Source: a virus. From it: a stretch of DNA of 64,000 nucleotides. Location: positions 52,440 through 116,439 of the IMG/VR virus record IMGVR_UViG_3300008267_000054; one strand, 5' to 3'. How positions within the stretch are numbered: the stretch's first letter is position 1; every line of letters begins with the position of its first letter. The position numbers and the translations under genes are program-made. Below the pieces are notes generated by a model. The model made no database searches. It was not told the origin of the DNA and saw nothing but the letters and a program-made list of their open reading frames with translations. Of the stretch, positions 9,901 to 19,575 are shown piece by piece.

Positions 9901-10585
9901 AGACCTACAAGAAGTTAAAAGCTTTATCAAAAAGGTTAAGAAGATGAAGCGAGAAGGCAGCACAACCGCAGGTGCTCCTGGCTACCTAACACCAAAAGCT
10001 TTTAGTGGAGAAGAGGGTGGAGAAGGTGCTAGCAATATAGATAAGATATCCCACGCAACAGGGTATGATATAAAAGCCAAAAAGACTAGAGTACATTCTA
10101 TAGATTTGCATGAAGTCAGCTACAATGATTTCAAGAAAGATGAATCACGCAGTACAGTCAAGAAAGTTAATGAGTCTATAATTGAAATCAACAGAAAACT
10201 TAGAGAAATACAGAGACTACTAACACACTCTAGTAAACTAAAAACTGAAGCTAGCTTAGATGACTCTAAATTGTGGAAACGTACAAATGAAGCACTTTTA
10301 AAGATATCAGATAGAATGTCTGAAATTGCTGATAAAACTAGACGTTTTGCAAATCTCAAAGAAATACAAACAAATGTTGGTTTAGAAAACATATTTAAAG
10401 CAGCAGGCCTAGATGCAGAAATTTTCAAAGATGCAGATGGATTGCATGTTGATGTTACTCATTTTGGTGAACCGGTAGGCTTTGATGTTGAAGGAACTAA
10501 AATTATAGATGACAGAGGTAAAGTGTTGGGAGATATATCAGATACGGACATTGTAGACAAATTGAAGCGTTATTTTAATGCATAA
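9887..10585 (+). CDS. hypothetical head-module protein (coiled coil, YLTPKAF motif)
   Basis: 232-aa ORF. Confidence 0.7.
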   Translation: MLTNKDLQEVKSFIKKVKKMKREGSTTAGAPGYLTPKAFSGEEGGEGASNIDKISHATGYDIKAKKTRVHSIDLHEVSYNDFKKDESRSTVKKVNESIIEINRKLREIQRLLTHSSKLKTEASLDDSKLWKRTNEALLKISDRMSEIADKTRRFANLKEIQTNVGLENIFKAAGLDAEIFKDADGLHVDVTHFGEPVGFDVEGTKIIDDRGKVLGDISDTDIVDKLKRYFNA

Positions 10586-10602
10586 CAATATTTATAAGAA
10601 AA

Positions 10603-11205
10603 ATGGAAAATAAAAGACTACTAGTTGATTTTGTTGGGTCTTTTGAGTTAACACCTCAACAGATCAACGAGTCTATGATGCAAAATGATGGTAAACTGAT
10701 ACTAAGTGGTATCATGCAGCGTTGTGATGCAATTAACCAAAACGGTAGAAAGTACCCAGTAGAAATTTTAAGAAGAGAGGCTGACAAATACAAAAATGTG
10801 TTTATTAAGGAGCGCAGAGCATTAGGTGAGTTAGATCATCCAGAAAGTCCTGTTGTTAACCTTAGCAACGTATCACATAACGTGTTAGACTTGTGGTGGG
10901 ATGGTAACAACTTGATGGGTAAAATTGAGGTACTAGGAACACCATCTGGCAACATTGCTAGAGAATTATTAAAAGCTGGTATTCGTTTAGGAATATCATC
11001 TAGAGGTATGGGATCTGTTAAAGCAATTGGTGAGGGTAAAGTAGAGGTTCAAGATGATTTTGAAATCGTTTGTTGGGATCTTGTATCAAATCCAAGTACA
11101 CAAGGAGCGTTTATGAACCAGTTAAATGAAGGTAAAGGTAGTTCATTACCAAACAAATATGGTAAGGTAAATGAGCTTATAAATGACATTATAACATTGA
11201 TATAA
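10603..11205 (+). CDS. gp21: prohead core protease (T4 gp21-like)
   Basis: NQNGRKYP, ALGELDHP, GISSRGMGS and DLVSNPS motifs. Confidence 0.95.
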   Translation: MENKRLLVDFVGSFELTPQQINESMMQNDGKLILSGIMQRCDAINQNGRKYPVEILRREADKYKNVFIKERRALGELDHPESPVVNLSNVSHNVLDLWWDGNNLMGKIEVLGTPSGNIARELLKAGIRLGISSRGMGSVKAIGEGKVEVQDDFEIVCWDLVSNPSTQGAFMNQLNEGKGSSLPNKYGKVNELINDIITLI

Positions 11206-11207
11206 CA

Positions 11208-11573
11208 ATGAAATTAAAAAACATACTCGACGAAAACTTTGGCAATCCTAAAAAGACGTCTGTAAACGAAAAAACAGCTTTCCTTGAGGAAGTGAAAAAA
11301 TTTAATGAGTACGGATCTGTTATTTACAGAACGGAAGATTTAAAAAAAGTTGCAGAAGCAATCACACAATTAGCAGAGAGAGCTGAAATGATTACGCTTC
11401 AGGAGACTGAAGATTGGTTTGATGAGGTGACGGTAAAAAAGAACATGCGTGGCATGAAACAGAATGTTAAGGAGTTTAACAGATCTGTAGCCGAAATTTC
11501 CAAACTACAACAGAGACTAGAATCTATTTACGAAGAAATTGGACACACACTTGGAAGATATTATGAACTCTAA
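11208..11573 (+). CDS. hypothetical coiled-coil protein, MKLKNILDE leader
   Basis: 121-aa ORF. Confidence 0.75.
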   Translation: MKLKNILDENFGNPKKTSVNEKTAFLEEVKKFNEYGSVIYRTEDLKKVAEAITQLAERAEMITLQETEDWFDEVTVKKNMRGMKQNVKEFNRSVAEISKLQQRLESIYEEIGHTLGRYYEL

Positions 11574-11751
11574 GATCAACGAACTAAGAAATTTAATTCG
11601 CAAAGAGATTAAAAAAGCTCTTAGTGAAGATCTTGGCACAGATATTAAAAAGGCTAAAGATGTCAAAATGCAAGCGATAAAGAAGCTAGCTGATCTAGAA
11701 AAGAAGAAGGCAGACATCGATGTTAAAAACGCACAAAAAGGTATATCATAA
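11563..11751 (+). CDS. small protein with LRNLIRKEIKKALSE motif
   Basis: ATG 11563 overlaps the end of the previous gene. Confidence 0.65.
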   Translation: MNSKINELRNLIRKEIKKALSEDLGTDIKKAKDVKMQAIKKLADLEKKKADIDVKNAQKGIS

Positions 11752-12131
11752 TGAAACTAGTATCACTACTACCTCTAAATCTTAGAGAAGCTGAAAAAGA
11801 AGCAAAAGACGAAAAACCGGCAGATGATGCAGAAGGTGGTGATGAAAATCCATTTGCTGCTGCGGATGATTCAAATAAAGATGCTGGAGAGGAAAGTGAA
11901 AAAGATGCAGCTGCGGATACTGGAGAAGAGGCTGAAGAGGGTGGTGATGCAAAATCAAGCGAAGAAGCAAAACCATTAGACATTGTGTTTAATCCAACAA
12001 GAGTGAGAAAGTACAATGATGTTAAGTTCAAAGACAATAAAGGTAGTGTTGTATCCATATCACGATTCGGTTTAACTGTTAAATTACCAGACGAAACTAC
12101 TGTTTTTGTTAATTTTGAAGATATTTTATAA
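11751..12131 (+). CDS. acidic hypothetical protein, MKLVSLLPLNLRE leader
   Basis: 126-aa ORF: low-complexity acidic N-half and small beta-rich C-terminal domain. Confidence 0.7.
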   Translation: MKLVSLLPLNLREAEKEAKDEKPADDAEGGDENPFAAADDSNKDAGEESEKDAAADTGEEAEEGGDAKSSEEAKPLDIVFNPTRVRKYNDVKFKDNKGSVVSISRFGLTVKLPDETTVFVNFEDIL

Positions 12132-12170
12132 TTTTTTCTTGTAAAAAAACTTATTTTTATTTTTTGTCTA

Positions 12171-12245
12171 TATTTATAGACGAATACGCTATTTCCTAAT
12201 ATAGCGTTTTTTATATCAAAGCTATTGTGGCTCAAATAGCCATAG
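12171..12245 (+). promoter_or_regulatory. late promoter motif followed by a two-hairpin leader of the scaffold/capsid operon
   Basis: TATTTATA 12171-12178; stem ACGCTAT (12186-92)/ATAGCGT (12201-07) followed by a T-run; second stem GCTATT (12221-26)/AATAGC (12235-40). Confidence 0.55.
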
Positions 12246-12262
12246 AAATCACAAAAAGTATT

Positions 12263-13306
12263 ATGAACAAATTATTAAAAGACGCTATTGCGGACGCAAA
12301 AGCTGTGCGTGAAACAGCATTGGCTCAAGCTAAGTTAGCTCTTGAAGAAGCATTTGCTCCTAAACTTCAATCAATGCTTTCCAACAAAATTAAGGAAGAG
12401 ATGGAAGAAGAAGAGCCTAAAATGGATGCTTCAACAGAAGACGAAGCTATGAGAATGAAAGAACTTGCTGGTCTAGCAGAAAAGGGTGATGAAGACATGA
12501 CTGGAGACGACGAAATGTCCATGGATATGGATATGGGCGGCGAAGAAGGTGGTGAAGAATCCTTTGATGACATGGGCGGTGAAGACGAAATGGGTGGAGA
12601 TGAATTTTCTGGTGGTGACGAAGAAATGGGCGGAGAGGAAGAGTTTTCTGATGAAGACGATGACCTTGAAGAAATTTTACGTCAGCTTGAAGAAGAAGAG
12701 ACTTCATCTGATGAGGAAGATTCCTCAATGATGGAAATGTCCGATGATTCTGAAAAGAAGGATGAAATGGATGAAGAAATTAATCTTGACGAACTTATCC
12801 AAGCTCTTAAAGAGGGTGAAGATGAGGAAGAAAAAGAGGAAATGGACGAAGTTGCTGGTGACGAAGAGTACAAAAAATCTTCTGATCAAGCGATGGATGC
12901 CAACAAAGGTAGTCATGGTGATGTTGTAGAGATGAAGAAGAAAATGAAAAAGATGGAAGGAGAAATTAACGAAGCTTATGGAGCTGTTAAGTTTCTTCGT
13001 GAAAAGCTGTCTGAAGTAAATCTTCTTAATGCTAAATTGTTATACGTTAACAAGCTGTTTAGAAAGAATGGACTTTCTGAGTCACAAAAAGTTAAGATTA
13101 TCGAAACTTTTGATCGTGCTAAGAATGTGCGTGAAGCTAAACTTATCTACGCAACATTGTCTGAGTCCTTCGTAGCTCCGACAAAAACAAAAAAACCTGT
13201 AGTTGAAAACTTCGCTTCCGCTCCTGTTAAGAAGACTGAAGTTATTGCTGAAGGTAACGAACAAATGAACAGATTCAAAACATTAGCAGGAATCATTAAA
13301 TCTTAA
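12263..13306 (+). CDS. prohead scaffold/core protein (gp22-like position)
   Basis: Very acidic coiled-coil protein directly upstream of the major capsid gene; ATG 12263 preferred over GTG 12227. Confidence 0.8.
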   Translation: MNKLLKDAIADAKAVRETALAQAKLALEEAFAPKLQSMLSNKIKEEMEEEEPKMDASTEDEAMRMKELAGLAEKGDEDMTGDDEMSMDMDMGGEEGGEESFDDMGGEDEMGGDEFSGGDEEMGGEEEFSDEDDDLEEILRQLEEEETSSDEEDSSMMEMSDDSEKKDEMDEEINLDELIQALKEGEDEEEKEEMDEVAGDEEYKKSSDQAMDANKGSHGDVVEMKKKMKKMEGEINEAYGAVKFLREKLSEVNLLNAKLLYVNKLFRKNGLSESQKVKIIETFDRAKNVREAKLIYATLSESFVAPTKTKKPVVENFASAPVKKTEVIAEGNEQMNRFKTLAGIIKS

Positions 13307-13311
13307 TAAAC

Positions 13312-14916
13312 ATGAACTTATTCGAAAACGTAGAAGGCTATAATAGAGCCGATGAAATCAAACCACTTATTAACAAGTGGTCGAAGACTGGCCTTCTTGA
13401 GGGTTTGAGCACTCAGTACAAAGCTACTGTTGCTTCAATGCTTGAGAACCAGGCAAAACAATTAATTAAAGAAGGTTCAGCTACAACAGCTGGAACATCC
13501 GGAACTGGATACGAACAGTGGACTGGTGTAGCATTACCGTTAGTACGACGTGTATTTGCTCAGATCGCTGCTAAAGAATTCGTTTCTGTACAGCCGATGA
13601 ACTTACCTTCAGGTCTTGTATTCTATCTTGATTACAAGTATGCTACTGACAAGAATCCATTTGGATTTGCTCCAACTGAGAAAAACCAAACTGGTACACT
13701 TCAAGGTATCACTTCAACTATTGGTGTTGATGCATCTGATGGTTTGTATGGTGCTGGTGCTTTTGGTTACTCTGTAAACACTAAGAGTGGTAGTGCAGCT
13801 GTGTCAGCAACAACTGCTTCTGCAGCTGCTTCTGATGTTAATTATGATGGTGCTTACACAGCATCGGTTGATACACGTTGGAAAACAGTAGCAATTCCAA
13901 CATCATCTGCAACTGATCTTGATACTTTAGCTGTACGTTCATTCGTACCTAAGTCAGGTTCAACCATTCTTGAGCCAGGTCAATATGTACCAGCATTTAC
14001 TCGTATTTCTGGTGGTAATGTGTTATTCGTTGTAACAGCATCTGTAACCTTGAACATGACTGCAGGTTACAACTTCTTGTACTCAGTACAACCTACAAAC
14101 GATGCTCGTGGAGATTTCGAAGCTAAGCCAGTTAGTTCTACTAACCGTAACGTTGATACAGACCTTAGCATTCCAGAAATTGAATTGCAAATGCGCTCTA
14201 TCGCGTTAACTGCTAAGACACGTAAGTTGAAAGCAAGCTGGACTCCAGAATTTGCTCAAGACTTGAACGCATATCACTCAATCGACGCTGAAGCTGAATT
14301 GACTTCAATGTTGTCTGAGTATGTGTCAATGGAAATTGATCTTGAAATTCTTGATATGCTTATTAGCCAAGCTGCAACAACTGCATATTGGTCTGCTAAA
14401 GTTGGTCAAGAGTGGAATGGTTCAAGCTTCGCTACTAGCCAATTCACTGGTACAGCTTACGTACAAGGTACTTGGTTCAGCACACTTGGCACTCAACTGC
14501 AAAAGGTATCTAACGAGATTCACCGTAAGACCTTACGTGGTGGTGCTAACTTCTTAGTATGTTCTCCAACTGTAGCTACAATCCTTGAGTCAATCCCAGG
14601 ATATGCTGCTGATGGTGATGGTACTAAGATGACTTATAACATGGGTGTACAAAAAGTTGGTTCATTAACTGGCCGCTACACTGTGTATAAGAACCCTTAC
14701 ATGACTGAGAACACAATCTTGATGGGATTCCGTGGTAACCAGTTCCTTGAAACAGGTGCTGTGTACGCTCCGTACATTCCGTTAATGTTGACTCCGCTTG
14801 TATACGATCCGAATAACTTCACGCCAAGACGTGGTGTGATGACTCGCTATGCGAAGATCGTTACTCGTCCTGAGTTCTACGGTAAGGTTCTTGTTGCTGA
14901 CCTAAACACTATCTAA
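13312..14916 (+). CDS. gp23: major capsid protein (T4 gp23-like)
   Basis: VSVQPMNLPSGLVF, AKTRKLKASWTPEFAQDL, YAPYIPL and PRRGVMTRY motifs. Confidence 0.97.
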   Translation: MNLFENVEGYNRADEIKPLINKWSKTGLLEGLSTQYKATVASMLENQAKQLIKEGSATTAGTSGTGYEQWTGVALPLVRRVFAQIAAKEFVSVQPMNLPSGLVFYLDYKYATDKNPFGFAPTEKNQTGTLQGITSTIGVDASDGLYGAGAFGYSVNTKSGSAAVSATTASAAASDVNYDGAYTASVDTRWKTVAIPTSSATDLDTLAVRSFVPKSGSTILEPGQYVPAFTRISGGNVLFVVTASVTLNMTAGYNFLYSVQPTNDARGDFEAKPVSSTNRNVDTDLSIPEIELQMRSIALTAKTRKLKASWTPEFAQDLNAYHSIDAEAELTSMLSEYVSMEIDLEILDMLISQAATTAYWSAKVGQEWNGSSFATSQFTGTAYVQGTWFSTLGTQLQKVSNEIHRKTLRGGANFLVCSPTVATILESIPGYAADGDGTKMTYNMGVQKVGSLTGRYTVYKNPYMTENTILMGFRGNQFLETGAVYAPYIPLMLTPLVYDPNNFTPRRGVMTRYAKIVTRPEFYGKVLVADLNTI

Positions 14917-14938
14917 TCAATAGTTAAGCAATAAAAGG

Positions 14939-14970
14939 AAAGCCCCTCTTTGGAGGGGCTTTTCTGTTTT
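14939..14970. terminator. intrinsic terminator, probably bidirectional
   Basis: AAAGCCCCTC-TTTG-GAGGGGCTTT with T-rich 3' and A-rich 5' flanks. Confidence 0.9.
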
Positions 14971-14984
14971 GACAGGGTAGGGGT

Positions 14985-15164
14985 TTATTTTAATTTAGTA
15001 CGTACATTAACCTGGTTAACAACATTACTAGATGGACTTTGGACTCCTTGAAATCCATTTTGTTTAATACCATTAAACTGTGTGTGATGATTGAATGGTT
15101 TTTGTGTCAAACTAGGTCTATTGACTAGGTTGGCAAGTTTTGAGTGATGTGAGTGTGATTCCAT
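14985..15164 (-). CDS. 59-aa low-complexity protein (MESHSHHSKLANLVNRPSL...RTKLK), missing from the ORF track
   Basis: Hand translation. Minus-strand TATTTATT (15174-15181) lies 9 nt upstream of the ATG, and the ORF ends just before the terminator. Confidence 0.55.
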   Translation of the reverse strand: MESHSHHSKLANLVNRPSLTQKPFNHHTQFNGIKQNGFQGVQSPSSNVVNQVNVRTKLK

Positions 15165-15218
15165 GATTTTTCTAATAAATAGTAACTGTCGAACTATTTA
15201 TATAAAAAACATTGTTCT

Positions 15219-15896
15219 ATGGAAGAGTTGCAAAATGAGTTTCCCAAGAAGAAACCAAAAAATCCGATCAAGTTCTTAATTTCTTTAAACGAGGAACAAA
15301 AACAAGCAAAAGCAATAATCCTAGCAAGTACAATTACAGTCCTGCGTGGTTCTGCTGGAAGTGGTAAGAGTATGGTTGCTGCTAATGTCGCGTTAGATAT
15401 GTTGTTTAGAAAAGAGGTGGAGAGAATTATTTTAACAAGACCAGCAGTAACATCCGGTGAAGAGATTGGTTTCTTACCTGGAGACAAAGATGCAAAGTTA
15501 GCACCGTATACTGCAGCAATCTATGACAATATGTATCGTCTATACAAGAAGGAGTTAATCGACAAACATATACAAGAAGGTTCGATAGAAGTTATACCAC
15601 TTGGTTTTATGAGAGGTAGAAATTTATCAAACTGCTGTGTAGTTGTAGATGAAGCTCAAAATATAACAGATAGACAGATGGAGTTGGTTCTTGGTCGTTT
15701 GTGTAAAGGTAGTAAGATGTTGTTGTGTGGAGATGCAGCACAGATTGACTTAAAAGACAGAAAGATGTCAGGATTTGACTTCATATGTAAACATTTAAAA
15801 GATGTACCAGGTTTTAGTGTTGTTACGTTGAAAACTAATCATAGACATGAAATCGTAGAACCAATTATTAAAATCTACGATGAATATAGAACGTAA
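15219..15896 (+). CDS. phoH: PhoH family ATPase
   Basis: GSAGSGKS, IILTRPAV, IGFLPG, FMRGRNL, DEAQN and GDAAQID motifs. Confidence 0.93.
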   Translation: MEELQNEFPKKKPKNPIKFLISLNEEQKQAKAIILASTITVLRGSAGSGKSMVAANVALDMLFRKEVERIILTRPAVTSGEEIGFLPGDKDAKLAPYTAAIYDNMYRLYKKELIDKHIQEGSIEVIPLGFMRGRNLSNCCVVVDEAQNITDRQMELVLGRLCKGSKMLLCGDAAQIDLKDRKMSGFDFICKHLKDVPGFSVVTLKTNHRHEIVEPIIKIYDEYRT

Positions 15897-15910
15897 TATT
15901 TATACAAAAA

Positions 15911-16297
15911 ATGGCAGCAGGTAAATACTCTTTTGTTATTGAACAAGGGTCAACATTAAACTTTGAAATTCAGTATAAGGATTCAACTGGAACACCCATC
16001 GATTTATCAGGGTATTCCGGTAAAATGCAAATACGTTCAGATTACGCAGACAATAGTCCAACAACATATGCTACATTATCTAGTTCACTAGCTGCCGATG
16101 GTACTGGTTTAAATTTTAGTGGATCTAATGGAAGTACACCTTTATCATCAGGATCAATAGGAATTATTATATCAGCAGCGTCTAGTTCAGCATTTACTTT
16201 TAACGAAGCTAAATACGATTTAGAACTAACTAATGGTGCTGTAGTTACCAGAATACTTGAAGGTAATGTTAAACTTAGCAAGGAGGTAACAAGATGA
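15911..16297 (+). CDS. small virion structural protein (beta-sandwich, IEQGST...YDLEL...RILEG type)
   Basis: Motif recurrent in structural modules of T4-like phages; late motif upstream. Confidence 0.65.
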   Translation: MAAGKYSFVIEQGSTLNFEIQYKDSTGTPIDLSGYSGKMQIRSDYADNSPTTYATLSSSLAADGTGLNFSGSNGSTPLSSGSIGIIISAASSSAFTFNEAKYDLELTNGAVVTRILEGNVKLSKEVTR

Positions 16298-17049
16298 GCA
16301 ACACAGTAACTGTAAACCAAAATACTACCACCGTAGTTACTATAGCAGCTCAAGGACCACAAGGTATACAAGGACCATCAGGCTCACAAGGAACTGGATT
16401 TAATTCAGGTTCGTATACTACAACGTCCTCGTTTAATTCCTTTACTAGTTCATATCAAACAGATAGCTCATCTTTCAATACTAAAATCACAAGCCTAACT
16501 TCTGCTACAAGCTCATATGTTCAAAATTCTCAAACATCAAGCTTTGTAACTAATTCAAGTACCGGATCCTTTGCTGTAACTGGTTCAAATACATTTATAG
16601 GAAATCAAACCATATCAGGTAGTCTAGCCATATCAGGAAGCGTAACAGCAGATAATTTATGGTATAGATATACATTAATAAATCTTCCATTAAATACAGC
16701 GGGTACCTATACAATTGTGCCTGTAACACCTGGATATAAATTTGTACAAGCATATTATGTATTATCATCAGTTCATATCCCAATTAATACCTCAATTGAA
16801 AATAATAGTAACTCATCAGTTACTATTTCAAATCCTATAAAGTTAGGTACACCAAGTGTTGATTCTGCAATTTGGAAATTTGATGGTGGTACTTTAGGAG
16901 CAAATGAAGTATATAGTAAATGGAGTACAATAGGAAGCAATGTAATGATTGATATTAGTACAGATCCTATTATAGTTACTATAGATGGATTTGGTAGTGA
17001 TACAGGTGTAATAGATGTAACAGTAACTGGATATCTTAAAAAGATCTAA
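16294..17049 (+). CDS. Ser/Thr-rich fibre or decoration-like structural protein with short collagen-like stretch
   Basis: GPQGIQGPSGSQG followed by TSS/TGS repeats. Confidence 0.65.
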   Translation: MSNTVTVNQNTTTVVTIAAQGPQGIQGPSGSQGTGFNSGSYTTTSSFNSFTSSYQTDSSSFNTKITSLTSATSSYVQNSQTSSFVTNSSTGSFAVTGSNTFIGNQTISGSLAISGSVTADNLWYRYTLINLPLNTAGTYTIVPVTPGYKFVQAYYVLSSVHIPINTSIENNSNSSVTISNPIKLGTPSVDSAIWKFDGGTLGANEVYSKWSTIGSNVMIDISTDPIIVTIDGFGSDTGVIDVTVTGYLKKI

Positions 17050-17072
17050 TATTTATAACAAATACACAACCC

Positions 17073-18212
17073 ATGAACATACCAATTTGGCCAGGATCTA
17101 GTTCATTTTACCCAGGCAAAACACCATTTGGTTTCTATGATGATGACTACTACTTTCAGCTAGATGCTGATAAAGTAGCAGATTGGTGTGCTAATAAATT
17201 AGGCTATCCTATCATGGAAGTTGAAATGCAAGACAAAAATTTCTATGCATGTTTTGAAGAAGCAGTTACAGAGTTTAGTAATCAAGTAAATATGTACAAT
17301 GCAAGAGATTATATGCTTGCATTGCAAGGTGCATCAACTAGTTCAAATTTAAGTGGTAGAGTTGTATCTACAAATTTAGGTAGAACTATTGATCTTGCAA
17401 AGAATTATGGAGCAGAGGCAGGTAGTGGAGGAAATGTAACATGGAAAACAGGTTCCATACAATTACAAGCAGGCGTACAAGATTATGATTTAGATGTATT
17501 GTGGACTAATGTTCACGAAAATGGAAATCATATTGAAATTAAAACGATATACCACGAATTTAGTCCAGCAATCGTACGATACTTTGATCCATATGTTGGA
17601 ACTGGTGCAGGTACACAACAGCTTTTAGATTCTTTTGGATGGGGATCTTATTCACCATCAGTTAGTTTTTTGGTAATGCCACTTTATGCTGACTTGCTCA
17701 GAATTCAAGCTATTGAAATGAATGACCAGATTAGGAAGTCTGCTTATACGTTTGAAATCAGAAACAATAAATTAAGAATATTTCCAATACCTGGAAATGA
17801 TGTGACATTACATTTTAGGTACATTGTAACAGAAGAGCGTTCCAATCCACTAAAAGGAGATGCTGGAGTAATATCAGATATATCAAATATACCATACAAT
17901 AGATTGGAATATAGATATGTATCGCCTTTGGGTAAAGGGTGGATCTACAAATACACACTTGCACTAACAAAAGAGCTTCTTGGCTTAATTAGAAACAAAT
18001 ATAGTGCAGTACCAATACCAGGTGCAGAAGTAACACTTAATGGTTCAGATCTTGTATCACAGGGTCGTGAGGACAGAACCAACTTGATAACAGAACTAAA
18101 AGAAACACTCGAAGTTTTAACAAGAAAAGGACAAATGGAGCAAGAGCAGGCAATTGCAACGGCTATGAATTACCAACTGTCAAAAGTTCCATTAACTATA
18201 TACATTAAATAA
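17073..18212 (+). CDS. neck/adaptor protein (T4 gp13-like)
   Basis: LGYPIMEVE, WIYKYTLALTKELLG.IR.KY and IPG.EVTLNG motifs. Confidence 0.8.
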   Translation: MNIPIWPGSSSFYPGKTPFGFYDDDYYFQLDADKVADWCANKLGYPIMEVEMQDKNFYACFEEAVTEFSNQVNMYNARDYMLALQGASTSSNLSGRVVSTNLGRTIDLAKNYGAEAGSGGNVTWKTGSIQLQAGVQDYDLDVLWTNVHENGNHIEIKTIYHEFSPAIVRYFDPYVGTGAGTQQLLDSFGWGSYSPSVSFLVMPLYADLLRIQAIEMNDQIRKSAYTFEIRNNKLRIFPIPGNDVTLHFRYIVTEERSNPLKGDAGVISDISNIPYNRLEYRYVSPLGKGWIYKYTLALTKELLGLIRNKYSAVPIPGAEVTLNGSDLVSQGREDRTNLITELKETLEVLTRKGQMEQEQAIATAMNYQLSKVPLTIYIK

Positions 18213-18213
18213 T

Positions 18214-18720
18214 ATGGCACTGTTTGGAAGTTCTCGAGACATTAGTATGTTTGTTAAAGTGAACAACGAGCTGTTAGATAACATAATACAGCAAGAGGTA
18301 GACTATTATCAAATAAATTTAGAACATACTAAGGAAAATTTATATGGTGAAGCTTCTCAAAATAAAGTGTACAATTCACCACTAAGGCTAACATGCCTTA
18401 TTGAGAGAAATGATCAAACTTTTAATGTGGATGATCAGATTGGTGTAGATGCAACACAAACTTATACATTTAGATTTTTTCATAGAAAGCTTGTTGAACT
18501 AGCACTTTGGCCGGAAGTTGGTGATTTAATAGAGAATAGAGGCAATTATTATGAAATTGATAATGTTAACGAGAATCAATATGTTGTTGGTAAAGACGCA
18601 GATTATCCAAAAAATGTTGGAGCAGAGTTTGGAGAAAGTTGGTCAATCATATGTGTAACTCATTACACTAGAATTAGTAAGTTGCAGATTGTAGAATCTA
18701 GAGGAGGTCAAAATGTATAA
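18214..18720 (+). CDS. head closure/neck protein (T4 gp14-like)
   Basis: ENLYGEA and PEVGDLI...YYEI motifs; synteny after gp13-like gene. Confidence 0.7.
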   Translation: MALFGSSRDISMFVKVNNELLDNIIQQEVDYYQINLEHTKENLYGEASQNKVYNSPLRLTCLIERNDQTFNVDDQIGVDATQTYTFRFFHRKLVELALWPEVGDLIENRGNYYEIDNVNENQYVVGKDADYPKNVGAEFGESWSIICVTHYTRISKLQIVESRGGQNV

Positions 18721-19555
18721 CAGAAAAAGACAACCAGCAACGCAGGTGGAGATTATAAACTCCAAACCAATACAACCTGAAGTACGTACTAATGAAGTTA
18801 GACGTGACAACGATGATAATCCAGAACTTAAAATAGGATTATATGACATTGATTTTGCTATCAAATACTATTTTGATAATGTAATAAGACCCTCGGTAAA
18901 TGATAATGGATCACTTATACCGGTACCGGTTATGTACGGTGCACCGGAAAAGTGGAAGAATGTTAGAACTGATGGTTTTATGCGTGATAAGAATGGTAAG
19001 GTCCAATGCCCATTAATAGCTTATAGAAGAAGTTCGATTGAAAAAAATAGAAATCTCGGATCTAAAGTTGATGCAAATGCACCAGCAGCTTATTATACAA
19101 CCCACACCACATACACAAAAGAAAATCGATACGATCAGTTTAGTGTACTAACAAATCAAAAGCCACAGCAAACAACATATAGAGTCATAGTACCAGAATA
19201 TCTGAACCTAACCTACGACTTGATAGTTTGGACCGATTACATTGAGCATATGAATGGTCTACTAGAAGCTGTGTTGTATAGTGAAGGAAGTTTTTGGGGA
19301 GATAAGGATAGGTTTAAATTTAGAACAAAGGTAGACAATATAACAACCATCACAGATCTACAAAACGATAATGATAGGTTGGTTAGAAGTACTTTTAGCA
19401 TGACAGTATTTGGATACATTGTTCCTGATGCATTAGTTAAGAAACTAAGCAATACTGGTCCGGAAAAGAATATTGGTGTAGACTCAAGAACAACAATCTA
19501 TAGTACACCTACTTATGAGACTGAACAAGAGTCAATAATTAGCGGAAGTCTATAA
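18713..19555 (+). CDS. tail terminator/sheath stabiliser (T4 gp15-like)
   Basis: IPVPVMYGAPEKW and P.Y.NLTYDL.VWT motifs; synteny. Confidence 0.7.
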   Translation: MYNRKRQPATQVEIINSKPIQPEVRTNEVRRDNDDNPELKIGLYDIDFAIKYYFDNVIRPSVNDNGSLIPVPVMYGAPEKWKNVRTDGFMRDKNGKVQCPLIAYRRSSIEKNRNLGSKVDANAPAAYYTTHTTYTKENRYDQFSVLTNQKPQQTTYRVIVPEYLNLTYDLIVWTDYIEHMNGLLEAVLYSEGSFWGDKDRFKFRTKVDNITTITDLQNDNDRLVRSTFSMTVFGYIVPDALVKKLSNTGPEKNIGVDSRTTIYSTPTYETEQESIISGSL

Positions 19556-19575
19556 ACCTGCATATTTATAGGTAA

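Noticed and set aside
12227-12262. Longer starts given by the ORF track (12227, and also 3401, 11539, 39201, 52183, 59219, 63058)
   Set aside because: They overlap upstream genes, promoters or leader structures; downstream ATGs fit coupling and promoter positions better
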